Shown: in pieces, positions 62,754 through 64,000 of the stretch
Position numbering within the stretch: the first letter of the stretch is position 1
Layout of the letters: every line of letters starts with the position of its first letter
Assembly (NCBI GenBank): GCA_964252075.1
Contig: CAXULY010000002.1
Location: 128,001 to 192,000 of the forward strand
Length of the DNA: 64,000 nucleotides
Origin: an uncultured Deinococcaceae bacterium
Lineage (GTDB): Bacteria; Deinococcota; Deinococci; Deinococcales; Deinococcaceae
Reading direction: 5' to 3'
Program-made: the position numbers and the translations under genes
Notes under the pieces: generated by a model
Told to the model about the DNA's origin: nothing
The model's input: the letters and a program-made list of their open reading frames with translations, nothing else
Database searches by the model: none

Positions 62754-64000
62754 TTAGGTGTCCTCGCGCACGGCGCGGCGCGCGGGCGGGGGGCGCGGCA
62801 CCGTGCGGGGCGGGCGCGCCTCCAGTTCCGCGAGGACCAGCGCGACCGCCCGCTCCAGCTGCGGGTCGCCGCCCTCGATGACGGCCTTGGGCGTCATCTC
62901 GACCTCCACGTCCGGCGTGACGCCCTCGTTCTCCACCTCCCAGGCGCCGTCCGGGCTGAAGATCGCGAGGCGCGGCGACGTGAAGAAGCCCCCGTCGCGC
63001 AGCACCGGGTAATCGTAAATGCCGATCAGGCCGCCCCACGTGCGCTTGCCCACCACGGGGCCCAGCCCGCGCCGCTGGAAGAACAGCGGGAGGGCGTCGC
63101 CGCCGGAGCCCGCGAGTTCGTTGATGACCATGGCTTTCGGGCCGAAGATGCTGGCGTTCGGGCTCGCGAACGGCTGGCCCTCACGCGTCGCCCAGTAACT
63201 CAGGAGCGGGCGGTCCAGCAGGTCCACCACGTAGTCCGCGACGGACCCGCCGCCGTTGTAGCGCTCGTCCAGCACCACGCCCTGCCTGCCGAGCTGCGAG
63301 AAGTAATCGCGGTTGAAGGCGTCGTAGCCCCAGCGCGCGGTGTCCGCCATGTAGATGTACGCGAGGCGCCCGCCGGACAGCGCATCCACGCGGCGGCGGT
63401 TGTCCTCCACCCACGACCAGTGCCGCAGGCGCGCCTCGCTGTCGATGGGGCGCACCGTGACGGTGCGGGCGTCCGCGTCGCTGGTGGTGGGGCCCACCCG
63501 CAGGTCCGTCACGCGGTTCGCGGTCTGCCCGAAGGCCTCGTACAGGTTCATGCTGGCGCGCACCGGGCGGCCGTTCACGGCGAGCAGGTACTCGCCCTCG
63601 CGAACGTTCACGCCGGGTTCCGTGAGGGGCGCGCGCAGTTCCGGGCGCCAGTTCAGGCCGCGGTACACGCGCGTGATGCGGTAGTGCCCGTCCTGCAGCG
63701 CGTAGTCCGCGCCGAGCAGGCCCACCTGCTCGGGCGTGGGTTTCGGCTGGTCCCCGCCGCCCACGTAGGCGTGCCCCGCGACGAGCTCACCGGAAAGTTC
63801 CGCAAGGAGTGCGTTCAGGTCCTCGCGGTGCCCGACGTGCGGCAGGAACGCCGCGTACTTCTCGTACACGGCGGGCCAGTCGAGGCCGTGCAGGTCCGCG
63901 TCGTAGAAGTAATCGCGGTGGATGCGCCACGCCTCCCGGAAGATCTGCCGCCACTCCGCAGCGGGGTCCACGCGCACCTGCACGGCGCTCAGGTCCAGGC
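62754..64000 (-). CDS. Tricorn protease (S41) C-terminal part; 5' end lies beyond the window
   Basis: PDZ region, DERYNGGG, catalytic AGSGGD, GKRTWGG and ENEGVTPD motifs. Confidence 0.92.
   Translation of the reverse strand, partial: LDLSAVQVRVDPAAEWRQIFREAWRIHRDYFYDADLHGLDWPAVYEKYAAFLPHVGHREDLNALLAELSGELVAGHAYVGGGDQPKPTPEQVGLLGADYALQDGHYRITRVYRGLNWRPELRAPLTEPGVNVREGEYLLAVNGRPVRASMNLYEAFGQTANRVTDLRVGPTTSDADARTVTVRPIDSEARLRHWSWVEDNRRRVDALSGGRLAYIYMADTARWGYDAFNRDYFSQLGRQGVVLDERYNGGGSVADYVVDLLDRPLLSYWATREGQPFASPNASIFGPKAMVINELAGSGGDALPLFFQRRGLGPVVGKRTWGGLIGIYDYPVLRDGGFFTSPRLAIFSPDGAWEVENEGVTPDVEVEMTPKAVIEGGDPQLERAVALVLAELEARPPRTVPRPPPARRAVREDT

Overview
A very GC-rich, gene-dense bacterial chromosomal window. 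It is most consistent with a Deinococcus species, an inference from the many apparently leaderless genes with TANNNT 5-7 nt before the start codon and the expanded GAF/PAS histidine kinases. In order it contains: the end of a surface-polysaccharide/glycosylation locus (two Wzy/O-antigen-ligase-like proteins, GT4, GT2, TPR protein, NDP-sugar epimerase, Wzc-like kinase); a LacI-controlled pair of beta-1,3-glucanase lipoproteins (GH55, GH128) sharing a near-identical CBM32 segment; several signalling genes, including a cNMP kinase paired with a REC-thioredoxin-reductase-like fusion, and a WYL-VOC-pentapeptide module; an amino-sugar/peptidoglycan salvage locus (RpiR/MurR, two sugar ABC systems, nagZ, murQ, two Gfo/Idh/MocA oxidoreductases); a ForCE-type formate dehydrogenase; a LacI repressor with an orphan sugar-binding protein; a variant ebo cluster (eboD-orf104-eboB-eboE-eboC-eboF, no recognisable eboA); Rieske, CDP-alcohol phosphotransferase, GH43 lipoprotein and DinB genes; and a partial tricorn protease. 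The most notable signals are the ebo variant, two conserved promoter-plus-tiny-hairpin elements that bracket it in direct orientation, and a probable CTG start codon for the GH43 lipoprotein. No rRNA, tRNA, CRISPR array or transposase was seen. All calls come from motif reading by eye; no searches were run.
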